DNA from: an uncultured Gammaproteobacteria bacterium
GTDB lineage: Bacteria; Pseudomonadota; Gammaproteobacteria; GCA-001735895
Direction: 5' to 3'
DNA length: 64,000 nucleotides
Assembly: GCA_963768295.1 (NCBI GenBank)
Contig: CAVYHN010000035.1
Span: 64,062-128,061, forward strand
The position numbers and the translations under genes were made by a program. Below, in pieces: positions 39,373 to 49,837 of the stretch (within the stretch, counting starts at the first letter, position 1; each line of letters starts with the position of its first letter). Under the pieces are notes generated by a model. The model worked only from the letters and a program-made list of their open reading frames with translations, did no database searches and was not told the origin of the DNA.

Positions 39373-40110
39373 TCAGGCCTGGCAGCTGACCGCGTTGCGG
39401 GTGTAATCACGAAGTCGCATCAGCTCGGTGCTGTCTTGCAGCGCGCTGTCGATGTCGGTGCGTCCGTGCTGCAGCACCAGGCGATCGTGAAACTTACTGA
39501 AATAAGAATCGAACATATCCCCACCGATCGTGGCCATGGCGTAAAAAGCATCTTCGGCCGCATCATATTCGAGCTCGATCGCCGCCAGCGGTTGCGGCGC
39601 CGGACCGCCCAGCACCTTGCCGCCATGCGCGGGATCAAAGACGCTCTTTTCCGAACAACAGTAAATCACGCCGGCTCGCTGTTCGATTTCATCCTCGCTG
39701 TTACGGAAACGAGTATCGCCGTGCCGGTAATTGATAAAGCTGACCGACGGCGCCGGATGGCTCATCTTGTGCGCACAAATGGCGGAGAAGGCGACGACCG
39801 AGGATTTTGGCCCTGCGCCACCTTGCCAGCGATAGCGTTCACCGTCGCGCGTCTTCAGGTTGGTCCTGCTGGTTATCGATTTGCCCAGATCAATCAGAAA
39901 ACAGGGCGTCGAAACAAATGGATAATGAAATAAATAGGTTTCACCGACATCCAGGGTCGCGGCTTTGACAGGTTCGCGCGAGTAAGAGTCGATCAGGGCG
40001 ACCCGTCCATAGCGCTGGTATACATGATGCCCTCTGGCCAGCAGTTCCGGGCTGGCGGTGATCCCGGCGACCGCGGTCGCGCAGAGTTTGACGAATCCTC
40101 TTCGTTGCAT
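39373..40110 (-). CDS. Tat-exported Rieske-fold protein with atypical second ligand box
   Basis: MQRRGFVK Tat signal; AFSAICAHK box 1; YCCSEKSVFDP box 2; GPAPQPL loop. Confidence 0.75.
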   Translation of the reverse strand: MQRRGFVKLCATAVAGITASPELLARGHHVYQRYGRVALIDSYSREPVKAATLDVGETYLFHYPFVSTPCFLIDLGKSITSRTNLKTRDGERYRWQGGAGPKSSVVAFSAICAHKMSHPAPSVSFINYRHGDTRFRNSEDEIEQRAGVIYCCSEKSVFDPAHGGKVLGGPAPQPLAAIELEYDAAEDAFYAMATIGGDMFDSYFSKFHDRLVLQHGRTDIDSALQDSTELMRLRDYTRNAVSCQA

Positions 40111-40273
40111 GCTGGTCGGTCTCCTCGGTAGCTGGCGCTGGCAAAAATTATAAATTAAGCATCGCGTTTAAGCCAATTCGCCGGGGCCTCGATTACCAGG
40201 TTTCAAATCCACTTTCAGGTTTTCACCGATGCTGTCGATATCGGCTTCATGCATAACGCCCGGAGAGCTCAGA

Positions 40274-40756
40274 TTGAAACCGATTCTGTTACTTTGCAGC
40301 ATTGCGTTAGTAACGACTTTTCCAGCTAGCGCCGAGGAATTGCAGGTCATCATCAGCGGCCGAGCGATCCATCTGGGTAACAACGATCTGAATGAAAACA
40401 ACTATGGCCTGGGCCTGCAATACGATTTCGCGCCCCAGCGGCACTGGATTCCGCTGATCAACATGGCCTCGCTGAAAGACAGCAATGACAACACGTCGAG
40501 GTACGTCGGCGCCGGAATCAAGCGCCGCTTCAAGCTGCACTCGGGCCAGCAAAGACTCAATTTCGATCTGGGGGCGGCAGGCCTCATCATGCAACGCCCC
40601 GGCTACAACGACGACCAACCCTTTCTCGGCGCCTTGCCATTTATCGCGCTAAGCAATGACTGGGGCGGTATCAATGCCACCTATGTACCGAGCATCGAAG
40701 GCGATACCCTGCCGTTCTGGTATTTCCAGTTCTCCGTGAAAATCCTCGAATTCTAG
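40274..40756 (+). CDS. Exported beta-barrel-like hypothetical protein
   Basis: Signal peptide (..ASA/E), AIHL..LNENNYGLGLQY, amphipathic strands, C-terminal Phe; TTG start after GGAGAG. Confidence 0.6.
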   Translation: MKPILLLCSIALVTTFPASAEELQVIISGRAIHLGNNDLNENNYGLGLQYDFAPQRHWIPLINMASLKDSNDNTSRYVGAGIKRRFKLHSGQQRLNFDLGAAGLIMQRPGYNDDQPFLGALPFIALSNDWGGINATYVPSIEGDTLPFWYFQFSVKILEF

Positions 40757-40869
40757 ACACACTCATCCCATCAGCGGCGGTCACCAGGTTACGCAAGCGG
40801 GGCAATAGAATAGAAAACTGTCGATAATAATATGTTGTGTCGGCGCGACAATTTACCCAAAATCGTCGC

Positions 40870-41427
40870 ATGCCCGAACTCGAACAGATACTTGCCGATA
40901 TCAAGGCGAGCGAAGCCAGCAGCGCCGCCCGACGTGACTGGAATCCGCACTATCGGGGCGAGATCGATATTCGCATCGCCGCCGACGGCAGCTGGTATCA
41001 CCAGGGTCGCCCTTTCAGGCGGGACTCGCTGGTAAAGCTGTTTGCGGGCATTCTGCGGCGTGAGCAGGACGACTACTTTCTGGTGACACCCGCGGAAAAG
41101 TTGCGCATCGTTGTCGAAGACGCGCCGTTTGTCGCGACCCTGGTCGAACAGATCGAGGATAAGGGTCGGCAGGCGATCCTGTTTACCACCAATATCGGGG
41201 AACGCGTCCTGGTCGATAGCGAGCATCCCATCCGGGTCGAGTTCGACCCCGCCAGCGGGCAACCGAGGCCCTATGTGCATCTGCATGCGGGACTGGAAGC
41301 CCTGATCAGCCGCCGTGCGTTTTTCGACCTGGCAAACCTCGCCGAAGAGCGGACGCGCGACGGCTCGAATTATTTATGCGTCACCAGTCTCGGCCAGACA
41401 TTTGAACTTGGAAAAAGCGATGACTAG
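40870..41427 (+). CDS. DUF1285 domain-containing protein
   Basis: WNP..GEIDIRIAADGSWYHQG, LVTPAEK..IVVEDAPF, PYV..GLEALISR. Confidence 0.88.
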   Translation: MPELEQILADIKASEASSAARRDWNPHYRGEIDIRIAADGSWYHQGRPFRRDSLVKLFAGILRREQDDYFLVTPAEKLRIVVEDAPFVATLVEQIEDKGRQAILFTTNIGERVLVDSEHPIRVEFDPASGQPRPYVHLHAGLEALISRRAFFDLANLAEERTRDGSNYLCVTSLGQTFELGKSDD

Positions 41428-42334
41428 CAAAGGCACCCACGAATACCAGGATGATCCCCGCAACGCCGATATCTTCATCGATATCAACGGCGAATATTTC
41501 CCGCGCAACGAGGCCAAAGTATCGGTGTTCGACAGTGGCTTCGTGCTCGGCGACGGCGTCTGGGAGGGGCTGCGCGTGCATCACGGCAAAATCGCGTTTC
41601 TCGAGCTGCACCTGGAGCGCCTGTATGAGGGCGCGAAGGCACTCGACATGGAAATGGAAATAGGCGCGCCCGAACTCCGTGACCGGCTGTATCGCCTGCT
41701 GCAAAAGAACGACATGTCTGACGGCGTACATATCCGCCTGATGGTTACACGCGGCATCAAGGCGACGCCCTACCAGGACCCGCGCATTACGATTACGCCA
41801 CCAACCATCGTCATCATCCCCGAATACAAACAGGCGTTACCGGAAACCGCCAGCCGCGGTATGCGCCTGTTTACCGTGCACGTGCGGCGTGGTTATCCGG
41901 ACGTGCAGGACCCCAAGCTCAACAGCCATTCCAAACTGAATTGCATCACCGCCTGCATACAGGCCGCCAAGGCCGGCGCCGACGAAGCCCTGATGCTCGA
42001 TCCGCAGGGATTTGTCGCAACCTGCAATTCGACGCATTTCTTTATCGTGCGTAAAGGTGAAGTCTGGACCTCGACGGGCGACTACTGCCTCGGCGGCATC
42101 ACCCGCGGCAACGTCATTGCCCTGTGCGCGCAAAATGACATCCCGCTATTGCAGAAAAACTTCAGCCTGACCGACGTTTACGGCGCCGACGAAGCCTTCG
42201 TTACCGGCACCTTCGCCGGGCTGGCGCCGGTGCGGGAGATCGACGGTCGAATCATCGGTGACGGCGAGCGTGGGCCGATGGTCGAACAACTGCAGCAGCT
42301 ATACCTCGAAATGCTCGAGCGCGAGTGCGCTTGA
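41420..42334 (+). CDS. Aminotransferase class IV (IlvE/D-amino-acid transaminase-like)
   Basis: VSVFDSGFVLGDGVWEG, HLERL, NSHSKLNC, GGITRG, EAFVTGT. Confidence 0.9.
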   Translation: MTSKGTHEYQDDPRNADIFIDINGEYFPRNEAKVSVFDSGFVLGDGVWEGLRVHHGKIAFLELHLERLYEGAKALDMEMEIGAPELRDRLYRLLQKNDMSDGVHIRLMVTRGIKATPYQDPRITITPPTIVIIPEYKQALPETASRGMRLFTVHVRRGYPDVQDPKLNSHSKLNCITACIQAAKAGADEALMLDPQGFVATCNSTHFFIVRKGEVWTSTGDYCLGGITRGNVIALCAQNDIPLLQKNFSLTDVYGADEAFVTGTFAGLAPVREIDGRIIGDGERGPMVEQLQQLYLEMLERECA

Positions 42335-43077
42335 GTCCGCAAGCGTCACCGCCATTGCGCATCGCGATGTGGTCGGGTCCGCGCAATATCTCGACCGCGT
42401 TGATGCGCGCCTGGGAAAACCGGGACGATTGCGTGGTCTGGGACGAGCCGCTTTACGGTTACTACCTGGACGCCACCGGAATACCGCACCCGGGCGCCGC
42501 CGAGATCATCGCCGACCAGGGTACCGACGCTGCGGCGATCATCGCCACCTGCATTGGCGATATTCCCGACGGCAAATCGATCTTTTACCAGAAACACATG
42601 ACCCTGCACCTGTTGCCGCAACTCGATCGCAGCTGGTTGGCGTCACTGCTTAACTGCTTCCTGATCCGGGAACCCGAGGCCGTGATCGCGTCCTATGCGG
42701 CGGTGCGCAGCGATGCGACGCTGGATGACATCGGATTCGTGCAACAGGCCGAGTTATTCGAACATGTTCGCGACCTGACCGGCGAAGTGCCGACTGTGAT
42801 CGACAGCCGCGAGTTTCTGCTCGATCCCGAATCCATGCTGCGCGCAATCTGTGCGCGTCTCGAGATCGAGTTCGTCCCGCAAATGCTGAACTGGCCAGCC
42901 GGCCGACGCGACAGCGACGGCGTCTGGGCAAAGTACTGGTACGACTCGGTCTGGCGTTCCACCGGCTTCTCGCCCTACCGGGAGAAGCCTTACGAGCTCA
43001 CTGACAAGGACCGGCAAATCGCGGCACTGGCCCGGCCCTATTACGATAGGCTTTACCAGTATCGGCTACAGCCGTAG
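42331..43077 (+). CDS. Sulfotransferase-like P-loop protein
   Basis: IAMWSGPRNISTALMRAW, DEPLY, YQKHM, FLIREP, DGVWAKYWY..STGF. Confidence 0.85.
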   Translation: MSPQASPPLRIAMWSGPRNISTALMRAWENRDDCVVWDEPLYGYYLDATGIPHPGAAEIIADQGTDAAAIIATCIGDIPDGKSIFYQKHMTLHLLPQLDRSWLASLLNCFLIREPEAVIASYAAVRSDATLDDIGFVQQAELFEHVRDLTGEVPTVIDSREFLLDPESMLRAICARLEIEFVPQMLNWPAGRRDSDGVWAKYWYDSVWRSTGFSPYREKPYELTDKDRQIAALARPYYDRLYQYRLQP

Positions 43078-43191
43078 TTTTTAACGGCGTTATTGCAAGA
43101 CACATTTATGCAAACTATCTAACAGATATTTGCCTTTCGCCACCTCAGCCGGCAGAGTACACTTGAGCGTTCGGCAATAATTATTCAGAGA

Positions 43192-45369
43192 ATGGCTGAA
43201 CCGCAAATCCTAACGCCCGCACCCGGCAGCAGAATCGTCATGGACGAAGCCGAGGTCATTCTGTTTGGTCAACCGCCTGAAGTTTTGAAAGGCCTGCTAA
43301 GAGAAGGCGTATCGAAATTCGACACGCTGGTGTTAACCGACATCCGTGAAAAGAACAGCTCGCTGCTCAATAACCTCGAGTTTCCGCTTTATTTCTTCCT
43401 GTTTTTCTCCAAGGGCCTTGCCGAAAAACGCAAGATCAACCTGATCGGCGATCGCGATTCCATCAGCCACGCCATGCGGCTGTTGCGCTTCACCCTGCTC
43501 GGACCCAGCAGTGAGGAGCTTGATCGCTGGCATACCGAGGAAGGCCTCAAGGACGAGTGGCTCGCGGTGTCCGCGGCGCTCGCCATCAAAAACGACAAGG
43601 GCGACATGATCCAGGTCGAAGATTTTTTTACGCCGATCCCGTTCGAAAACAATCTCGCCGTAGCCGGAGACTTCGCCATCGAACGCAAGGGCGTGGACCG
43701 CTACCTGGTGACCAGTCACGGCGGCGATGTGTTCGTCGATCTCAACGACGGCGCCGAAATCCTGCCGCCCTACCCGGTGCCCACCGACTATGTCCCCGGG
43801 GGCCTGACCAAGATGGGCATCGAGGTACTCGGTGGCGCCTCCGGCTTTTCCACCGACCGAACCCTGTACCGGCCTGGCGCTGTGCTACAACGGCGATTAC
43901 CTGCTGATCGACGCAATCCCGTTTCTGGATCAACATCTGTTCGCGCGCGGTATTTCCAAAAACCAGGTGTCGGCCGTATTCCTGACCCACCTGCACGATG
44001 ACCATTGCTCGATGTTTCCGCTGATGGACATGCCGCATCGCGTCGAAGTCATCACCACCCAGGAAATTTTCAACATGGCGATGGAAAAGCTCAGCTGCAG
44101 CCTCGGCTGGACGCTGGACACGGTGGTAGAGCATTTTCAGCTGATCAAGGTCAGTCCGGGCGACACCATCAACTACTACGGGCTCAGTATCCAGGTACAC
44201 AACACGGTGCACAGTATTCCGACCATCGGCGCGACATTTTCGACCATCCATAAAGGCCAGTTTCGCGACGTCTGCATCGTCGGCGACAACCAGAATATGA
44301 GCGCCGTGCGTGAAATGGGCGAAGCCGGCATCGTGCGTGCCGAGACGATCGAAAACCTGGAACGTCTCTACAAACAGAATTTTCACCTGCTGATCGCCGA
44401 CGGCGGCGCCGGTGAAATCCATGGCGATCCCACCGACGCGCTCGACTCCGAGGCGGAGCGCGTCGTTTTCGTGCACGTCGAGGAAGTGCCGGAAGCGCTG
44501 CAGACCACGTTCTCGCTCGCCAGTTCCGGCAAACGCTACACCCTGATCGAGGGTGACAGCATGATTTATACCTCGCAGATCAATCACTACCTGACCCTGT
44601 GGCTGGGGCAACCCTTCCCCAACCGCTGGATGCGCAATCTGCTCGCCGAACAGGATATCTACCGCTATAACACCGAGGACGTCATCATCGTCCAGGAAGC
44701 CGTGACGCACGGTTCGGTTTACCTGATCCTGACCGGTTACTGCGAAGTCGTGCGCGTCGAAGACGGCAGGCGTGAAGCCGTGGCAATGCTGCAGGCCGGG
44801 GACGTCATCGGCGAGATGGCAATCCTGACCGGCTCCGGCATTCGCAACGCGAGCGTAGTCGCCAGGACACCGGTGACAGTTTGCGTATTCGCCGAGGAGA
44901 CCTTCCGCAACTTCATTCGTCATAGCGGTTTGCAGTCGATGCTGGAAAATCGCTGGCTGTTACGTCCGGTGATCAAGCTACTGCCGCAGTTTGCCCTGAA
45001 TTGTCATCCACGGTGACCGACAAGATTTCACGCATCGCCGAGTGGAAGGTGGTCGAGGGCGGAAAAACCATGTGGCTGGATGAGGCGCATATGTTTATTT
45101 TCGTCGAGGGTTATGGCTCTATCGTGCATGCCGACGGTAGCGAGGAAAAAATCGTCAATGGCGAAGAGCTGGGCTGGCGTGCTTATACCGACGACAAATC
45201 AGTCGAAATGACCGCAACTACCGATTGCGGCCTGATATCGATCGACGCCGTGGCTTACCGGGAATTACTCAAAACCACCCCCCAGCTTAACTACCATACG
45301 CGCAAACGCCTGACGATCGAGGGTGACGAAAAAGTAGACTGGCTGCTTGGGGAAGTAGCTGTTTACTAG
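43192..45369 (+). CDS. MBL-fold metallo-hydrolase with C-terminal cyclic-nucleotide-binding domain(s); frameshifts near 43858 and 44996
   Basis: Three consecutive ORFs join: FGQPPEVLK, LGGASGF, THLHDDH (HxHxDH), HSIPTIG, then VYLILTG.CEV..GEMAIL..RNASVVA. Confidence 0.75.
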
Positions 45370-45442
45370 TCGACAAGAGATAACGATCGCGTTAGCATCG
45401 CGCTTCGCAAAAGCAGTTTCATAAAAAGACTAAACGATACCA

Positions 45443-47161
45443 ATGCCGCTGTTAAGCATCAAAAACCTGTCGATCGAATTTCCCGGACGCTACGAAACCG
45501 ATTATGCGGTCGAAGACGTCAGTTTCGATCTCGAGCCGGGAGAGATACTGGGACTGGTCGGCGAATCCGGTGCTGGCAAATCCACCATCGGCAACGGTAT
45601 CGTGCAGTTGCTCAGCCCTCCGGGACGGATATCGAAGGGCGATATCTATCTGAATGACACCAAAATTTCGACCTTCACCGACAGCGAGATATTGAAGGTG
45701 CGCGGCTCGCGCGTGGGTTTTATTTTCCAGGACCCGATGACGTCGCTGAATCCGTTGTTTACGGTTGAAAACCAGCTGGTCGAAACTATCACTACGAACC
45801 GGAAAGTAAGCGACAAGGAAGCCGCGCGTATCGCCGTCGATCTGCTCGACCAGGTCGGCATCCCGGACCCCGAAATCCGCATCAAGCAGTTTCCGCACCA
45901 GTTTTCCGGCGGCATGCGTCAGCGCGTCGTCATCGCGATCGCGCTCGCGGGCGAACCCGAACTGCTGATCGCCGACGAACCGACGACTGCGCTCGACGTC
46001 TCGGTGCAGGATCAAATCCTGTCGTTGATCCGCAAACTGTGCCACGAACGCCAGGTGGGATGTTTGCTGGTAACGCACGACATGGGCGTAATCGCCAGCG
46101 TAACCGATCGAGTCGCGGTCATGTACATGGGCAGGCTGGTCGAAATCGGCACCACGAAGCAGGTATTGACCGAGCCTAAACATGACTATACCAAGAGCCT
46201 GATCAGCGCGGTGCCGCGCGCCAACATCAAGATCGACCGCTTCCCGCTGGTCGAGTATATCGAGACCACCGCGAAAGGCCTGAAGCACATCGACGTCTCT
46301 ACCCACTGGCTGGGACAGGGCCTGCGCCATGCGCATTCGGAAACCCTGCTCGAGATAACCGATTTAAACCTCAGCTTTATCACGCGCGATGCCCTGCTGG
46401 CAAAGAACCGCAGGTACCTGCAGGCGACCAAAGATGTCAACCTGGTGATCAAGGCCGGCGAATCATATGGACTGGTGGGCGAGAGCGGATCCGGCAAATC
46501 GACCATCGCGCGCATGGTCGCCGGATTACAGCAACCCGACAGCGGTTCGATCAGGTTCGACGGCGTCGAGCTGTTTAACAATCCCGACCGCGCGGCGGTG
46601 CAGAAAGCGCGCCTGCAACTGCAGATGGTGTTCCAGAATCCCTACTCGTCGTTGAATGGACGCATGAAGGTCAACGACATCATCGCCGAGCCGATTCGCT
46701 TCCACAAGCTCACGCCGCCGAAAGACGTGCTGCCTATCGTCGGCGATCTGCTCGATCACGTCGGCCTAGGCCGACAGATGGGGCGCCGCTACCCGCACGA
46801 ATTTTCCGGTGGCCAGCGCCAGCGTATTTCGATCGCGCGCGCGCTCGCCAGCCGGCCACGCCTGCTGATCTGCGACGAACCCACCTCGGCGCTCGACGTC
46901 TCGGTGCAGGCGCAGATCCTGAACCTGCTGAAAGACCTGCAGGACGAGCTCGGACTGACCATGTTGTTCATCAGTCACGACCTGCCGGTGATCCGGCAAA
47001 TGTGCGACCGGGTTGCAATCATGCGCCATGGGCGCATACTTGAGTCCGCGGAAACCGAGGTCTTCTTCGAGCATCCGCAAAATGATTACAGCATCGAGTT
47101 ACTCAATTTGATGCCGCGATTCGACCGCATTTACGAGAATGAGGCTGCAACTCAGCCATAA
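45443..47161 (+). CDS. Peptide/nickel-type ABC transporter, fused double ATPase
   Basis: Two GESG.GKS Walker A, two SGG signatures, two DEPT Walker B motifs. Confidence 0.93.
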   Translation: MPLLSIKNLSIEFPGRYETDYAVEDVSFDLEPGEILGLVGESGAGKSTIGNGIVQLLSPPGRISKGDIYLNDTKISTFTDSEILKVRGSRVGFIFQDPMTSLNPLFTVENQLVETITTNRKVSDKEAARIAVDLLDQVGIPDPEIRIKQFPHQFSGGMRQRVVIAIALAGEPELLIADEPTTALDVSVQDQILSLIRKLCHERQVGCLLVTHDMGVIASVTDRVAVMYMGRLVEIGTTKQVLTEPKHDYTKSLISAVPRANIKIDRFPLVEYIETTAKGLKHIDVSTHWLGQGLRHAHSETLLEITDLNLSFITRDALLAKNRRYLQATKDVNLVIKAGESYGLVGESGSGKSTIARMVAGLQQPDSGSIRFDGVELFNNPDRAAVQKARLQLQMVFQNPYSSLNGRMKVNDIIAEPIRFHKLTPPKDVLPIVGDLLDHVGLGRQMGRRYPHEFSGGQRQRISIARALASRPRLLICDEPTSALDVSVQAQILNLLKDLQDELGLTMLFISHDLPVIRQMCDRVAIMRHGRILESAETEVFFEHPQNDYSIELLNLMPRFDRIYENEAATQP

Positions 47162-47229
47162 CAACAAGTTTGTTCGGTTTTTGTTAAGAAAACCGTTATC
47201 GACACAACAACGACCAAGGAGACCCTAAA

Positions 47230-48786
47230 ATGAAAAATCGTTTTCTACTCACATCCTGCCTGCTGATGTCCAGCTTGCTGGCTTTCACGACGGCACAGGC
47301 GAAAGAGCTGAAAATGGCTTACGACGCTGACCCGGTGACGCTCGATATCCACGAGCAGCTGTCGGGTGGTGTTTTACAGCTGTCGCACATGTCTTTCGAC
47401 CCGCTGATTCGCTGGACCAAGGACCTCGCCTTCGAACCGCGCCTTGCCACCAGCTACGAGCGTCTGAACCCGACCACGGTGCGCTTCAAGCTGCGCAAAG
47501 GCGTCAAGTTCCACAGCGGCAACAGCATGACCGCGGCGGACGTCAAGTGGACCTTCGACCGCCTCAAGGTCAGCCCCGACTTCAAGGGTATTTTCGCCAA
47601 CTTCACCGAACTCAAGGTAGTCGACGACTACACCATCGACCTGATGACCAGCGGTCCCTATCCGCTGGTGCTGCATACCGCAACCTACATCTTTCCGATG
47701 GACAGCAAGTTTTACAGCGGCACCGACGCAAACGGCAACGACAAGGGTGCAATTGTCAAAAACGGCGCGTCTTTCGCCTCGACCAACCTGTCCGGTACCG
47801 GCCCGTTCACCATCAGCTCGCGCGAGCAGGGCGTCAAGACCGTGTTCGATCGTTTTGCCGACTACTGGGACAAGGGCAGCAAAGGCAACGTCGACAAGAT
47901 CGTCTTCACCCCGATCAAGGATGAGCAGACCCGCGTCGCGGCACTGCTGTCCGGCGACGTCGATTTCATCGCCCCGGTATCGCCGAACGATTTCGGACAG
48001 ATCCGCTCGTCCAGCAAAGCCGACCTGATTACCATGCCCGGCACGCGCATAATCACCTTCCAGCTGAACCAGCAGCGTCGCCCGGAATTCCGCGATCAGC
48101 GTGTCCGCATGGCGATAGTGCACGCGGTCAACAACCAGGCGATCGTCGACAAGATCATGAAGGGTTTCGCCACCACCGCCGAGCAGTTCAGCCCGGCAGG
48201 ATATCTCGGCCACAACCCGAGCCTGAAGCCGCGCTTCGACCTCAAGCTGGCGCAGCAGTTGATGCAAGACGCGGGTTACGAGAATGGCTTCAGCGTCACC
48301 ATGATGGCGCCGAACAATCGCTATGTTAACGATGACAAGATCGCCCAGGCGGTAGCCGCGATGCTGTCGAAAATCAACATCAAGGTTGACCTGCAAACCA
48401 TGCCGAAAGCACAGTACTGGCCGGCCTTCGATGATCGCGCCGCGGACATCATGATGATCGGCTGGCACTCGGACACCGAGGACAGCGCGAACTTTTACGA
48501 GTTCCTGGCAATGACGCCGAACCAGAGCACCGGCATGGGCGTCTACAACTCGGGGAACTACTCGAGCGATTACGTCGACCAGATGACGGTCAAGGCCAAT
48601 GCGGAAACCGATTCCAACAAGCGCGCCAGGATGCTGCAGGATATCGAAGCCAAGATCTTCCAGGACGCCGGTTTTATCCCGCTGCACTGGCAGAACCTGG
48701 CCTGGGCCGCGCGTAAGGGTGTCGACATCGATCCGATCGTAAACGCGCTGAACTTCCCCTACCTGGGCGACCTCGTCATCAAATAG
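47230..48786 (+). CDS. ABC transporter substrate-binding protein, family 5
   Basis: Signal peptide; FKLRKGVKFHSG..TAADVKWTFDR; GTGPF. Confidence 0.92.
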   Translation: MKNRFLLTSCLLMSSLLAFTTAQAKELKMAYDADPVTLDIHEQLSGGVLQLSHMSFDPLIRWTKDLAFEPRLATSYERLNPTTVRFKLRKGVKFHSGNSMTAADVKWTFDRLKVSPDFKGIFANFTELKVVDDYTIDLMTSGPYPLVLHTATYIFPMDSKFYSGTDANGNDKGAIVKNGASFASTNLSGTGPFTISSREQGVKTVFDRFADYWDKGSKGNVDKIVFTPIKDEQTRVAALLSGDVDFIAPVSPNDFGQIRSSSKADLITMPGTRIITFQLNQQRRPEFRDQRVRMAIVHAVNNQAIVDKIMKGFATTAEQFSPAGYLGHNPSLKPRFDLKLAQQLMQDAGYENGFSVTMMAPNNRYVNDDKIAQAVAAMLSKINIKVDLQTMPKAQYWPAFDDRAADIMMIGWHSDTEDSANFYEFLAMTPNQSTGMGVYNSGNYSSDYVDQMTVKANAETDSNKRARMLQDIEAKIFQDAGFIPLHWQNLAWAARKGVDIDPIVNALNFPYLGDLVIK

Positions 48787-48816
48787 GTAATCTTGGTAGC
48801 AACTCGCAACAACCTG

Positions 48817-48846
48817 CTCCGGGCAGAAACTGCCCGGAGTTTTTTT
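48817..48846 (+). terminator. Rho-independent terminator after the substrate-binding gene
   Basis: ctccgggcag-aaa-ctgcccggag followed by T7. Confidence 0.85.
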
Positions 48847-48856
48847 ATCGGTAAGC

Positions 48857-49837
48857 ATGACCCAGTTTTTACTTAAGCGGATTCTGCAGGCGGCGCTGGT
48901 GATGTTCATCATCAGCCTGTTCTGTTTTTCGATTCAGGGTACGCTCGGCGACCCGACCCGTGAACTGGCAGCGCAGTCGATGTCCGCGGCGGAGCGCGAA
49001 AACCTGCGCGATTCGCTGGGACTCAACGACCCGCTGATGCTGCAGTTCGGACGCTTCCTGAAGCGCGCGGTGCAGGGCGATCTCGGCACTTCTTATTTTT
49101 TCAAGGAACCCACGCTCGACGTGATCCTGAGAAAACTGCCGGCCACGCTGGAGCTATCCTTCGCGGCTTCGCTGATCATTATCTTTGTTTCGATACCGCT
49201 GGGGGTTTTCTGCGCGATCCAACCGCGCCACTGGTTCAGCCGTGTCACCATGGCGGTCAGCGTCATTGGGATATCGATCCCCGTATTCCTGACGGCGCTG
49301 GCGCTGATTTTCATTTTCTCGATCACGCTCGGCTGGATGCCTTCCTTCGGCCGCGGTGAAACGGTGCAGATCTGGGCTTACTGGAGCACCAACTTTTTAA
49401 GCTGGGACGGTATCTTGCATATCATCATGCCGGCAATTGCGCTGTCGTCGATCATGTTGCCGTTGTTTATCCGCCTGGTGCGCGCCGAGATGCTCGAAGT
49501 ACTGAGCTCGGAGTACGTCAAATTCGCCCGCGCCAAGGGCCTGCCCAACATGCCGGTTTACCTCAAACATGCATTGAAAAACACGATGCTGCCGGTCATC
49601 ACCGTCGGTGGCGTGCAAATCGGCATCATGGTGGCCTACACCATCCTCACCGAATCGGTGTTTCAGTGGCCCGGCATGGGTTTCATGTTCCTCGAGGCGG
49701 TTAACCGTTCCGATATTCCGCTGATTAACGCCTACATCATGTTTGTCGGCTTCCTGTTCGTGGTCGTCAATACGCTGGTCGATTTACTCTACGGTGTCAT
49801 CAATCCGATGGTCGACCTGGTGGGGCGCCGACAATGA
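48857..49837 (+). CDS. ABC transporter permease (DppB-like)
   Basis: GDLGTS, PATLEL, YVKFARAKG, ESVFQWPGMG. Confidence 0.92.
   Translation: MTQFLLKRILQAALVMFIISLFCFSIQGTLGDPTRELAAQSMSAAERENLRDSLGLNDPLMLQFGRFLKRAVQGDLGTSYFFKEPTLDVILRKLPATLELSFAASLIIIFVSIPLGVFCAIQPRHWFSRVTMAVSVIGISIPVFLTALALIFIFSITLGWMPSFGRGETVQIWAYWSTNFLSWDGILHIIMPAIALSSIMLPLFIRLVRAEMLEVLSSEYVKFARAKGLPNMPVYLKHALKNTMLPVITVGGVQIGIMVAYTILTESVFQWPGMGFMFLEAVNRSDIPLINAYIMFVGFLFVVVNTLVDLLYGVINPMVDLVGRRQ

Noticed and set aside
47374-48912. 512-aa antisense ORF, representative of many long shadow ORFs (e.g. 35358..36521, 37966..38970, 56554..57657)
   Set aside because: They lie opposite well-supported genes and carry no motifs, as expected from GC-rich codon bias.
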